Shown: positions 10,464 through 20,282 of the stretch, in pieces | Numbering within the stretch: the stretch's first letter is position 1 | How the letters are laid out: each line of letters begins with the position of its first letter | NCBI GenBank assembly: GCA_963756905.1 | Contig: CAVWPO010000009.1 | Coordinates: 18,179-82,178 of the forward strand | Origin: an uncultured Alphaproteobacteria bacterium | Lineage (GTDB): Bacteria; Pseudomonadota; Alphaproteobacteria; Geminicoccales; Geminicoccaceae | Direction of reading: 5' to 3' | Length of the DNA stretch: 64,000 nucleotides | Position numbers and translations under genes: made by a program | Notes under the pieces: generated by a model | Told to the model about the DNA's origin: nothing | Seen by the model: only the letters and a program-made list of their open reading frames with translations | Databases searched by the model: none

Positions 10464-11332
10464 GCTGGCAGGTCGCGCTCAGGCTCGGCCGCGTCTCCAA
10501 CCTGCCGACCGTCTGGACCAACACGCTGGCCGGCATCGTGCTGGCGGGCGGTCACGCGCTCGATCCGCGGACCTTGCCGCTGCTCGTGGCGTTGTCCCTG
10601 TTTTACGTCGCCGGCATGTATCTGAACGATGCCTTCGATGCCGGGATCGACGCGATCGAGCGGCCCGAGCGCCCGATCCCGGCGGGCCTGGTCAGCGCCG
10701 ATACCGTGTTCGCGGCCGGCTTCGGGATGATGGCGCTCGGCCTTGGCGTGCTGCTCTGGGTTGGCTACGGCGTCCCGGCCGCGACCGGCATCGGCCCGGT
10801 GTTTGGCGGCCTCGGGCTCGGCGCGGCGATCGTGCTCTACAACCGGCGCCACAAGGGCAACCCCTTGAGCCCGGTGCTGATGGGCATCTGCCGGATGCTG
10901 GTCTACCTCACGGCCGGGCTCGCGATCGCGCCCGAGCTCCCGGCGCCGCTCCTGATCGGCGCGCTCTTGCTGCTCTGCTACCTGATCGGCCTCACCTACG
11001 TCGCCAAGCAGGAGACGCTGGGCGAGGTCCAGAACCTCTGGCCGCTCCTCTTTCTCGCGGCGCCGGTCGTCTATGGCCTGAGGATCGCGACCGAAGGCCC
11101 GGCGAGCGCCCTCCTGCTCCTGATCTTCGTCGCCTGGATCGGAGTCGCGCTCTGGTTCCTGAAGCGCCGCCGGCCGGGCGACGTGCCGCGCGCGGTGATC
11201 TGCCTGATCGCCGGCATTTCGCTCCTCGATGCGCTCCTGATCGCCGGCGCCGGCGACCACGGCGTCGCCGGCCTTGCGGTCGGCGGGTTCCTGCTCACCC
11301 TCGCCCTGCAGCGCTGGGTCGCCGGCACGTGA
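10460..11332 (+). CDS. eboC: EboC, UbiA-family prenyltransferase
   Basis: Last 290 codons of ORF 10232..11332, starting MSWQVALRLGRVSNLPTVWTN. Contains the Asp-rich UbiA motif YLNDAFDAGIDAIERPERPIPAG and multiple TM helices. Confidence 0.85.
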   Translation: MSWQVALRLGRVSNLPTVWTNTLAGIVLAGGHALDPRTLPLLVALSLFYVAGMYLNDAFDAGIDAIERPERPIPAGLVSADTVFAAGFGMMALGLGVLLWVGYGVPAATGIGPVFGGLGLGAAIVLYNRRHKGNPLSPVLMGICRMLVYLTAGLAIAPELPAPLLIGALLLLCYLIGLTYVAKQETLGEVQNLWPLLFLAAPVVYGLRIATEGPASALLLLIFVAWIGVALWFLKRRRPGDVPRAVICLIAGISLLDALLIAGAGDHGVAGLAVGGFLLTLALQRWVAGT

Positions 11333-11474
11333 TCAAAAACCGCCAAGATTAAAGAAAGCTAAGTGCCAGATTAAAAACTGATGATCCGGTTGCTGCTCAA
11401 CAATTTCTGTGGTGCTAGTTCGTCGCAGCTAATCAAGGGCGCAGCGGTTGCGCGAAAAACGGGGGGCAATACGA

Positions 11475-12788
11475 ATGCGGCGCACGCACTATCTGGGCAC
11501 AGCGTCGGCGCTGATGCTTGGGCTGAGCGCGATCAGCGCGCCTGCCAAGGCCGACATGACGGTCAAGCTGGAGGAGGTGGCATCGGGACTGAGCGCGCCG
11601 CTCGCTCTGGTGCAGCCGGCCGGCGACGATCGCCGCTTCATCATCGAGCAGCCGGGGCGGGTTCGCATCCTGACCAAGGACGGCGAGCTTCTCGACGAGC
11701 CGTTTCTCGACATCCGGCAGAAGATCGTGCACCAGCTCTCGGACTTCGATGAGCGCGGCCTGCTCGGGATCGCCTTCCACCCGGACTTCGCCCACAATCA
11801 CAAGTTCTACATCGCCTACTCGACCTACCTGAACGGTCACGGCGATCCGGGCCTGCAGCTCTGGTGGGACCATACCAACGTGGTCGCCGAGTACACGGTC
11901 TCCAAGGACGACGCCAATGTCGCCGACGTGACCTCGGAGCACATCCTGACCGCGATCGACTGGCCGCAGTTCAACCACAACGGCCATTCGATCAACTTCG
12001 GGCCCGATGGCATGCTGTACATCTCGACCGGCGATGGCGGCTACGCCAACGACTGGGGCATCGGCCACAACGTCGAGTTCGGCAACGGCCAGGATCTGAC
12101 CGACCTGCACGGCAAGATGCTGCGGATCGACGTCAACAACGCGTCCGAGGGCCACAACTACGCCATCCCCAAGGACAACCCGTTCGTCAACGATCAGCAG
12201 GCGATGCACGAGATCTACGGCTATGGCCTGCGCAATCCCTGGCGCTGCTCGTTCGACATGGGCGGCGACCACCAGCTGTTCTGCGGCAACGTCGGGCAGA
12301 ACAGCTTCGAGTCGATCGTGGTCGTCGGCAAGGGCAGCAACGCAGGCTGGCGGCGCATGGAGGCCAGCCACTGCTTCGACCTGATGGCGCCGAACAACCA
12401 TCCGGACAGCTGCGACCAGAGCGGGATCACCCCGCCGATCCTCGAGTACAAGAACTGCACGGCCAAGCCCCAGGGCTGCGATGGCATCTCGATCACCGGC
12501 GGCTACGTCTACCGCGGCAGCGTCAAGGACTGGGACGGCAAGTACTTCTTCGGCGATTGGAGCAAGACCTTCGGGGCCATGAACGGCCAGCTGTTCGTGG
12601 CGACGAAGGGCAGCGATGGCAAGTGGACCAAGGAGCATGTCACGGTCGCCAACATGCAGGGTCCGCTGCCTTACGTCCTCGCTTTCGGGCAGGACGCGGC
12701 TGGTGAGGTCTACGTTCTGACCTCGGTGACCACCGGCCCGGTGGGCGGCCTCGACAAGGTGTATCGGATCCGTCCCGCCACCCCATGA
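11475..12788 (+). CDS. PQQ-dependent (GSDH/sorbosone-dehydrogenase family) sugar dehydrogenase, periplasmic
   Basis: Signal peptide MRRTHYLGTASALMLGLSAISAPAKA. Beta-propeller motifs GLLGIAFHPDF, HNGHSINFGPDGMLYISTGDGG, LHGKMLRIDV and YGYGLRNPWRCSFD. Preceded by a 142-bp AT-rich spacer. Confidence 0.8.
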   Translation: MRRTHYLGTASALMLGLSAISAPAKADMTVKLEEVASGLSAPLALVQPAGDDRRFIIEQPGRVRILTKDGELLDEPFLDIRQKIVHQLSDFDERGLLGIAFHPDFAHNHKFYIAYSTYLNGHGDPGLQLWWDHTNVVAEYTVSKDDANVADVTSEHILTAIDWPQFNHNGHSINFGPDGMLYISTGDGGYANDWGIGHNVEFGNGQDLTDLHGKMLRIDVNNASEGHNYAIPKDNPFVNDQQAMHEIYGYGLRNPWRCSFDMGGDHQLFCGNVGQNSFESIVVVGKGSNAGWRRMEASHCFDLMAPNNHPDSCDQSGITPPILEYKNCTAKPQGCDGISITGGYVYRGSVKDWDGKYFFGDWSKTFGAMNGQLFVATKGSDGKWTKEHVTVANMQGPLPYVLAFGQDAAGEVYVLTSVTTGPVGGLDKVYRIRPATP

Positions 12789-13228
12789 CTGCAGCAGTAG
12801 TTCTCCTCTTGCTTGAGGGGTGGTCGCGCCGGCGCGGCGCCGCCGCCCCTCTTTTTTCCCGCGCCGGCCCGCGCCGGCGGGCAGGCGGGCGGCTGACGCT
12901 GGCGCTGGCGGCGATCGGCCCGGTTCTCCTGACCCTGGCGGCGGGCGGCGCCGCGGCCGATCCGGTGTTCACCGATGCCTATCTCGCCGACCCGGCCAAC
13001 GTCGCGCTCGGCAAGAAACTGTTCAAGCAGCAATGCGCGCTCTGCCACGGCCACCTCGCCTATCCCGGCAAGGCGCCGCATCTCAAGCCCAAGCCGCTCG
13101 CCCCCGATGACATCTACGCCCGGATCACCTATGGCTACGGCAAGATGCCGGCCTGGGAGGACGTGTTCACCGACGCGGAGCGGATGGCGATCACCGCCTA
13201 TCTGAAGAGCCCCAACTTTTCCAACTAG
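12785..13228 (+). CDS. c-type cytochrome (class I)
   Basis: Single heme motif CALCHG and a distal Met region YGKMPAW. ATGA overlap with the dehydrogenase gene. The N-terminal start is uncertain. Confidence 0.75.
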   Translation: MTAAVVLLLLEGWSRRRGAAAPLFSRAGPRRRAGGRLTLALAAIGPVLLTLAAGGAAADPVFTDAYLADPANVALGKKLFKQQCALCHGHLAYPGKAPHLKPKPLAPDDIYARITYGYGKMPAWEDVFTDAERMAITAYLKSPNFSN

Positions 13229-13291
13229 CCGCGGACCCCGCGCCCCCGTCTAAGCTCGGGCCAGAGGCAACACCGCAACCGGGGGCAGGGC

Positions 13292-13732
13292 ATGGGGTGG
13301 AGGCTGGTCATGGCATGGGCTGGGATGGCGACGCTGGTCGGGCTCGCGGCCGGCCAGGCGCTCGCGCAGAACGATCAGGCGCCGGCCGGGCAGGCGCCAG
13401 CCAATCCGATCCCGCACGACCAGGCGCTGGCCGACGTCGAGCACTTCACCGGCGGCGATGCCGAGCACGGCAACCAGCTGTTCCAGCGCTATTGTCGGGG
13501 CTGTCACGGGCCGGACGGACGCGGCGCGGGCGAGACCTTCATGCCGCACATCGGCAATCTCACCAAAAAGGATTATATCGAGTTCCTCCCCGACGGCTTT
13601 TTGTATACAGTGATCACGGAAGGGGGGGCCGCGGTCGGGAAGAGCGGCTTTATGCCGTCCTGGAAGTCGACGCTGAGCGACCAGGACATCAAAGACGTGA
13701 TCGCCTTCATCCGGACCCTGCCGACCTACTGA
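13292..13732 (+). CDS. c-type cytochrome (class I), signal peptide
   Basis: Signal peptide ending AGQALAQ, heme motif CRGCHG, distal FMPSW. Confidence 0.8.
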   Translation: MGWRLVMAWAGMATLVGLAAGQALAQNDQAPAGQAPANPIPHDQALADVEHFTGGDAEHGNQLFQRYCRGCHGPDGRGAGETFMPHIGNLTKKDYIEFLPDGFLYTVITEGGAAVGKSGFMPSWKSTLSDQDIKDVIAFIRTLPTY

Positions 13733-13793
13733 GCAATCTGCGCGACCAAAAAACGCGGCGACGCCTGGTCGCCGTCCATCGCAGGGGGACGTA

Positions 13794-15462
13794 ATGAGAA
13801 TCTGGTCCTGTCTAGCGCTCTCGGCTGGAGCCTTGCTGCTTCCGGCCTCGCTGGCCTATGCCGACATGGGCACCACCGCCGCGGCCGGCAGCGGCAACTC
13901 CGGCGGCTGGGCAAAGCGCACGGCGATCGAGCCCAACCCGGCCAAGGTCGTCGTGCCCGACGGCTACGAGGTCGGCGTGTTCGTCAAGGGGCTGAACGCG
14001 CCATCGGCGGCCACCGTCGACGGCGACGGCAATCTCTGGGTCGTGGTCTCGCCGCCGCTGCTCGGCAGCCCGGTCGCCGACGAGTTCGAATCCGCACGCA
14101 TCAAAGTGTTCGACAAGAACGGCAAGTTCATCAAGGACATCGGGGTCGACAAGTTCACGACCGCGATGAACGAGCTCTCCTACTGCCCCGACAACCACAA
14201 GATCTATGTGCCGGAGTATGCGGAGAAGATCTGGGAGGTCGATGGCATCAACAGCGAGCCCAAGCTGATCATCAAGGACCTGCCGATCGGCGACCACCGC
14301 AACGGCGGCGTCACGTGCAAGGACGGCTATCTCTATTTCGCGCTCGGGTTCCCGAGCAACTCGGGCTTCGCCGATCCGGACAACCACGGCTGGACCGACA
14401 TCCCGAACGATCCGTTCTGGGTCAAGCACCAAGGACGGCTTCGGCACCACGCCGCATGACCCGATGTGCCGCGACATCGTCCACACCGGCCTCAACATGA
14501 TGTCGTCCGACGGCCGCATGACCGGCGCTTTGCTGCCGGTCGGCGTGCCGGCCAAGCCCGGCATGAAGATCAAGGCGCAGGTGCCCTGCGGCGGCTCGAT
14601 CATGCGGGTCAAGCTCGGACGACAAAGGGTCCGACGGCATCTACCCGCACGAGAAGATGGAGGTCTACGCCTTCGGCTTCCGCAACCAGTCGGGCGTCGC
14701 CTTCGGGCCCAAGGGCTCGCGCTTCGAGAACGCGCTCGCGGTCTCCGACAACGGCGCCAACGACCTCGGCAACCGGCGGATCGCGAACGGCGCCGAGAAG
14801 CTCTGGATCGTGACCGAGAAGGGGCAGGACGGCGGCTTCCCCGACAAGGAGGGCATGCTGTTCGTCAACACCAAGCGCTATGGCTGGGACTTCTATCGGG
14901 GCAACCCGGTGCTGCGCCCCTATCCGCAACCTTTACATCGGCGACAAGCCGTTCATCCCGCCAGGTCTACCCCTACCACTTGCAGAAGCACGTCGACGGC
15001 AACCGCGGCGTGCCGCTGATCATCGCCAACCCCGACCCGAACGGCTACATCAACCCGGTGCTCGAGTGGGACACCAACAACCCGATCGACGGCATCGCCT
15101 GGAGCAACAACGACTTCAGCAGCCAGAACGACCTGTACGGGGCGGTCTACGGCATTCTCGACACCGGTCCTGAGAGCCTGACGCCGACCTGGCCGGCAGT
15201 CCTCCAGGTCCAGTTCCTGGAGCCCACCGGCGTCAAGTGGTCGTACTTCGCCCGCAACATCGAGATGGGCCCGAACGCCTATCAGAAGCCCGAGAACCGG
15301 GGCGGTCTGGAGCGGCCGAACGACGTGGTCTTCTCCAACGACGGCAAGATCATGTACGTGGTCGACTACGGCGAGGTGTTCGGCGACTTCACCAAGCCGA
15401 CGCCGTTCTATACGACGCCGAAGTCGGGCGTGATCTGGACGATCAAGAAGAAGGCCATGTAA
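13794..15462 (+). pseudogene. second GSDH/PQQ-type beta-propeller dehydrogenase, interrupted by four +1 frameshifts as sequenced
   Basis: Signal peptide MRIWSCLALSAGALLLPASLAYA. The reading path goes frame 0 to about 14430 (WVKH), then frame 1 to about 14617 (IMRVKL), frame 2 to about 14927 (VLRPYP), frame 0 to about 14964 (NLYIGDKPFIPP), and frame 1 to the stop at 15462. The motif YAFGFRNQSGVAFGP is typical of the family. This could be true decay or an assembly error. Confidence 0.65.
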
Positions 15463-15492
15463 CCTGCGCGAGCAGGAACGCGAGCTGAGCTC

Positions 15493-16443
15493 GTGATGGC
15501 GGGGGCGCTGGCTGACCTTATGGCCAGCGCCCCTCTGCCTCCCGGCCCACGGCACGGCTGGGACACCGGAGTAAGCCCTTTGCCGACGGCTTCCGACCTG
15601 CTGAACCTCTGGCTGCGCCGGCAGTTGCCGGCGGCCGCCTCTGCGTGGCTCGGGGAACAACTCTCGAAGCTCGCGGCCGATGCTGGCGACCGTGACCTGT
15701 ACGTCTCGCTCGGCCTCGTGCCGCGCAAGCTCGGCCGGCCCGATCTCGACCTCGTCGAAGCCGACCTGGCGCAGGCGAGCGCCGCCCGCGCCGGTTGGGA
15801 CCCGCGTGGCTGGAGCGTCGATCAGGCGGCGCGCATCCTGATCCTCCTGGTGGCCGGCGGCAGCGGCGAGCGCTTCGCCACGCGCTTCATGCAGCTCTGC
15901 CGGACCGCGGACGTCGTCGAGGCGATCGCGTTCTACCGCGGCCTGCCGCTCTATCCCGATCCGGAGCGGCTCGAGGCGCAGGCGGCCGAAGGCACCCGCT
16001 CCAACATGCGTGCGGTGTTCGAGGCGGTGGCCCATCGCAACCCCTATCCGCGCGAGCAGTTCTCCGAGAACCGCTGGAACCACATGGTGCTGAAGGCGCT
16101 GTTCGTGGGCTCCACGCTCGGGCCCATCCAGGGCCTCGATGAGCGCGCCAACCCGGCGCTCGCGCGCATGCTCTGCGACTACGCGCACGAGCGCTGGGCC
16201 GCCGGCCGGCCGGTCAGCCCGGAGCTGTGGCGCTGCGTCGGCGCCTTCGCCGACGCCGAGGCGCTGGCCGATCTGCAGCGCGTGCTCGCGACCGGCGCCG
16301 CGATGGAGCGCAAGGCCGCGGCGCTGGCGCTCGCCGCCTGCCCGGCAACCCGCGCCAAGGAGCTCCTGGCCGGCGCCCCCGACCTCGCGGCAGCGGTTGA
16401 GCGGGGTGCGCTGACCTGGGATACTCTCGGCCCAGCGTCTTGA
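15493..16443 (+). CDS. eboA: EboA family protein
   Basis: 316 aa. Resembles EboA-domain proteins as I recall them (AIAFYRGLPLYPDPE, NPYPREQFSENRWNHMVLKALF, ERWAAGRPVSPELW). It sits immediately upstream of the TatD-type gene, as in ebo operons. The start is GTG 15493 or ATG 15496. Confidence 0.7.
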   Translation: MMAGALADLMASAPLPPGPRHGWDTGVSPLPTASDLLNLWLRRQLPAAASAWLGEQLSKLAADAGDRDLYVSLGLVPRKLGRPDLDLVEADLAQASAARAGWDPRGWSVDQAARILILLVAGGSGERFATRFMQLCRTADVVEAIAFYRGLPLYPDPERLEAQAAEGTRSNMRAVFEAVAHRNPYPREQFSENRWNHMVLKALFVGSTLGPIQGLDERANPALARMLCDYAHERWAAGRPVSPELWRCVGAFADAEALADLQRVLATGAAMERKAAALALAACPATRAKELLAGAPDLAAAVERGALTWDTLGPAS

Positions 16444-16496
16444 CATCGGCGGCGGCGCGCCTCTTCGGACCGGCGCGCGCTTGTGGGAGACCAGGC

Positions 16497-17423
16497 ATGA
16501 TGTTCATCGATCCGCACACCCACATGATCTCGCGGACCACCGACGACTACGAGGCGATGGCTGCGGCCGGCATCGTGGCCCTGATCGAGCCCGCGTTCTG
16601 GATCGGCCAGCCGCGCACCCACGTCGGCACCTATATCGACTACCTCTCGGCGATCGTCGGTTGGGAGCGCTTCCGCGCCGGCCAGTTCGGCATCCGCCAC
16701 TACTGCACGATCGGCCTCAACTCGAAGGAGGCCAACAACGAGGAGCTGGCCGAGGGGGTCATGGAGATCCTGCCGCGCTTTGCCTTGAAGGAGGGCGTGG
16801 TCGCGATCGGCGAGATCGGCTACGACGAGCAGACCGACCTCGAGGACAAATACTTCCGCCTCCAGCTCGAGCTGGCCAAGGAGTTGGAGGTGCCGGTCAT
16901 GATCCATACGCCGCATCGCGACAAGAAGCGGGGCACCACCCGCTCCATGGACGTGATTGAGGAGCACGGGCTCGCGCCCTCGAAGGTCGTGATCGACCAC
17001 AACAACGAGGAGACCGTGCAGGAGGTCCTGGAGCGCGGCTTCTGGGCGGGCTTCTCGATCTATCCCTCGACCAAGATGGGCAACGAGCGCATGGTCGAGA
17101 TCGTCCGCCAGTACGGGCCCGAGCGGATCATCGTCGATTCCGCCTGCGACTGGGGCATCTCGGAGCCGCTGGGCGTGCCGAAGACCGCGAAGCTTGCCCT
17201 GCAGCGCGGCGTCCCCGAAGAGCACGTCCGCCTGATCTGCTACCAGAACGCGCTCGACGCCTACGGTCAGAGCGGCCAGATCAAGGAGGACGACTGGCTG
17301 AACCCGCCGGCGATCGACCAGCGCACGCTCTACGAGGGCAACTCGATCCTGCGCGGCGGCCGCGAGCCCCGGGTCGAGGAGCCCAAGGTCAAGCGCCCCA
17401 TGGACGAGCTCCTGATCGAGTAG
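16497..17423 (+). CDS. eboB: EboB, TatD-family metal-dependent hydrolase
   Basis: Start moved to ATG 16497 (MMFIDPHTHMISRTTDDYE, an HxH metal motif). Also contains IGEIGYDEQT, VMIHTPHRDK and VVIDHNNEET. Confidence 0.85.
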   Translation: MMFIDPHTHMISRTTDDYEAMAAAGIVALIEPAFWIGQPRTHVGTYIDYLSAIVGWERFRAGQFGIRHYCTIGLNSKEANNEELAEGVMEILPRFALKEGVVAIGEIGYDEQTDLEDKYFRLQLELAKELEVPVMIHTPHRDKKRGTTRSMDVIEEHGLAPSKVVIDHNNEETVQEVLERGFWAGFSIYPSTKMGNERMVEIVRQYGPERIIVDSACDWGISEPLGVPKTAKLALQRGVPEEHVRLICYQNALDAYGQSGQIKEDDWLNPPAIDQRTLYEGNSILRGGREPRVEEPKVKRPMDELLIE

Positions 17424-17545
17424 GACGCGGCCCGGCCGGCTGGGGCCGAGCCCCGACGGTTGCGATGGAATAAACGGGCGATGTCCGGTGTCTCCAGATG
17501 GGTCGCGCGCCGCGATGCCGGACGGCGCGGATCGGGGAGGGATTG

Positions 17546-18191
17546 ATGATCAAGCGGAGACTGGCGTGGACGTTCGTGATCGCGGCCGCGGCGCTCGCCA
17601 CGGCGCTGCCGGCCAGCGCCGAGGAGCAGAAGCCCTATCGGGCGCGCGGCACCTTGGAGGCCGTGCAGGGTGACCAGCTGACGGTCAAGACCCGGGAGGG
17701 CGAGACCCTCGACGTCACGTTGAAGCCCGACAGCCGGGTGCTGGATCGTGCGACCGGCCAGCCTCGACCAGATCAAGAAGGGCGACTACGTCGGCCTGAC
17801 CTCGATCGATGCGGGCGGCAAGCGGATCGCGATCGAGGCCCACATCTTCGCCGAGGACCTGCGCGGCGCGTCCGAAGGCCACGTGCCCTGGGACCTGATC
17901 AAGGAGCCCAACACCATGACCAACGCGACCGTCGCCGAGGTCGAGTCGGTCGGTGCCCAGCACGAGCTCAAGGTGAACTACAAGCAGGGCCAGGGCGACC
18001 AGAAGACCGCGGGCAGCCAGACCATCTACGTGCCGGACGATCTGTCGGTGGTGCGCCTCGAGAAGGCGCCCGATCGTTCGGTGCTGGCACCGGGCAAGGC
18101 CACCTTCATGGTGCTCCGGGACGAGGCCGACGGCAGCCGCACGGCGCTCGCGGTGGTCGTGGGTGTGGACGGCGCCTCGCCGCCGATGTGA
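17546..18191 (+). CDS. periplasmic protein of unknown function (DUF5666-like), one +1 frameshift near 17744
   Basis: Signal peptide MIKRRLAWTFVIAAAALATALPASA. ORF 17498.. and ORF 17748..18191 join as ...LKPDSRVL/IVRPASLDQIKKGDYVG. The total length of 646 nt is 1 mod 3. Confidence 0.5.
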
Positions 18192-18245
18192 GACCCGGTC
18201 GACGAAGCCCTGATCCCCCGAGGGCCGCGCTCGCTCGCATCGTGC

Positions 18246-18809
18246 TCAAGGGCCACCGGGTCCAGGTTCCGGGCCGCCGGTTCGCCGACGGCCTTTGGCG
18301 GGACGTCCTCGATCGTGGGCGCCGCCCGTGCGCTCGACCGGCGGCGGCGCCGCGGCGGGAGCTCCGACCGGCAGGTCGTGGTACTCCAGCGACCACTCGC
18401 GCATGAACCTCACCCGTTCGGGCAGGATGCGATACACGATCAGCTCGGGGTTGTCGGGCGAGCCGAGATAGTGGCGCAGCAGCGGGTTCGCCGCCCAGAT
18501 CTCCCGCAGCAGCGCCCCGTCGGTCACCACCTCGGCCCGGCCGGAGATCCGCAGCTGGTCGTGATCGGCGCTCAGATAGGCGAGCTCGACCCTGGGATTG
18601 GCCGCGATCTCCTGGGTCTTGTGGTAGCTCTTCAGGTTGGCGACGTAGACCGTGAAGCCATCGGTGCGCACCGGCGACACCGGGCGCAGGCGCGGCCTGT
18701 CGCCATCCAGCGTGGCGAGGAACGGAAAGCGATCCGCCTCGATGACTGCCTGCGCGAGCCGCGGCAGCTCGCTCCGATCGACCGGCTTTGCGGTCGGTTT
18801 CCTGGTCAT
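18246..18809 (-). CDS. pyridoxamine-5'-phosphate-oxidase (PPOX/split-barrel flavin or deazaflavin) family protein
   Basis: C-terminal part of track ORF 18246..20282 (MTRKPTAKPVDRSELPRLAQAVIEADRFPFLATLDGDRPRLRPVSP...). A GGTGGAGAGG Shine-Dalgarno sequence precedes ATG 18809. An alternative in-frame ATG at 18881 overlaps the reconstructed eboF stop (ATGA). The Pro/Gly/Arg-rich C-terminal tail is doubtful. Confidence 0.6.
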   Translation of the reverse strand: MTRKPTAKPVDRSELPRLAQAVIEADRFPFLATLDGDRPRLRPVSPVRTDGFTVYVANLKSYHKTQEIAANPRVELAYLSADHDQLRISGRAEVVTDGALLREIWAANPLLRHYLGSPDNPELIVYRILPERVRFMREWSLEYHDLPVGAPAAAPPPVERTGGAHDRGRPAKGRRRTGGPEPGPGGP

Positions 18810-18877
18810 GGCCACCTCTCCACCGCCTCTGCATGGGGCTCGGTCAACCGATGCGCGGTCGCTCAGCAGGAGCCGGG

Positions 18878-20282
18878 TCATGGTCGCAGGCGCGGCTCGC
18901 GGCCGAAGACATGGTCGAGCACCAGGGCCTTGAAGGCCGTAGCTTGGACGGGGCCTTCCGGCAACAGCTCGGGCGCGCTCGAGATCACCAGCGGCCCGTG
19001 CGTCGGGATCGTCGGTGATCCGGCCGTGCGAGCCCTTCACCAGGCTTGTGTCCTTGAGCGAGATCACATCCAGGAGCGTGCGTGCCCCGAGCTTGCGCTT
19101 GAGGAGGCGCCAGCCGATCGCGAGCGGCGGCAGGCGGATCGCCGGATCGACGAACAGCTCGACCGGGTCGTAGCCGGGCTTCCGGTGGATGTCGACGGTG
19201 CGGGCGAAATCGGGGGCGCGCGCGTCGTCGAGCCAGTAGTAGTAGCTGAACCAGCGATCCGGGCGGGCGATCGCGACCAGCTCGCCGGCGCGCGGATGGT
19301 CGAGCCCGAAGGCGCGCTTGCCGGCCTCATCCAGCACCCGCTCGACGCCGTCGACGCCCTCCAGGAGCGCCTTGACCTCGGCGACGCTGGCGCCTGCCTG
19401 GACGTAGACATGGGCCACCTGGTGATCGGCGAGGGCGAAGGCGCCTGAGGCGCCGGCATCCAGGACCTCGCGGCCGAGCTCGAGGCGGACCTGGATCAGG
19501 CCCGCCCGCCGCAGCGCGCGGTTGATGTGCACGGCGTCGGTCACCGGCGTGATGCCGTACTCCGAGACCACGATGATCCGGGCGCCGTCCCGCTCGGCCT
19601 GCCCGATCAGCTCGCCGGCCAGGGCATCGATCTCCTCGAGGTCCTGCTGCAGGCGCGGATGGCCGAGGTCGGGCCCGAGCCGCTGCAGATTGTAGTCGAG
19701 ATGCGGCAGATAGCAGAGCGTGAGGGTCGGCTTGCGGGTCTGGCGCACGTGCAGGGTCGCCCGGGCGATCCACCGGCTCGACGTGATGTCGGCGGCCGGC
19801 CCCCAGAACTTGAACAGCGGGAACCGGCCGAGCCTGGCATCGAGCTCGTCGTGGAGCTCGGGCGGCCAGGCGTAGTGGTCCGGAATCTTGCGGCCGTCGG
19901 CCGGGTACATCGGCCGCGGCGTGGCGCTCCAGTCGGCCGATGAGTACATGTTGTACCACCAGAACATCTGGGCGCAGGTGAAGCCCGGATCGCGCCGTTT
20001 GGCGGCCTCCCAGATCTTCTCGCCCGCGATCAGCCGGTTCGACTGGCGCCACAGCCAGACCTCGGCCTGGTCGCGAAAGTACCAGCCGTTGGCGACCGCG
20101 CCATGGCCCGACGGCGGCAGGCCTGTCAGCAGCGTCGACTGCACCGTGCAGGTGACCGCCGGCGTCACCGTGGCGAGCGGCCGCAGACCGCCCGCCGCCG
20201 CCAGGCGCTGCAGGTGGGGCGTGTGCCGCCCGAGCAGGGCGGGGGTCAGGCCGACCACGAGGATGACCAGGGTTGGTTGCAT
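18878..20282 (-). CDS. eboF: EboF, alkaline-phosphatase/nucleotide pyrophosphatase-phosphodiesterase family; one +1 frameshift near 19001
   Basis: N-terminus MQPTLVILVVGLTPALLGRHTPHL...TCTVQSTLLTGLPPSGHG (metal/nucleophile Thr region). After ...SHGRITDDPD the sense continues one frame over as HGPLVISSAPELLPEGPVQATAFKALVLDHVFGREPRLRP, with the stop at 18878. The length of 1405 nt is 1 mod 3. Confidence 0.8.
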
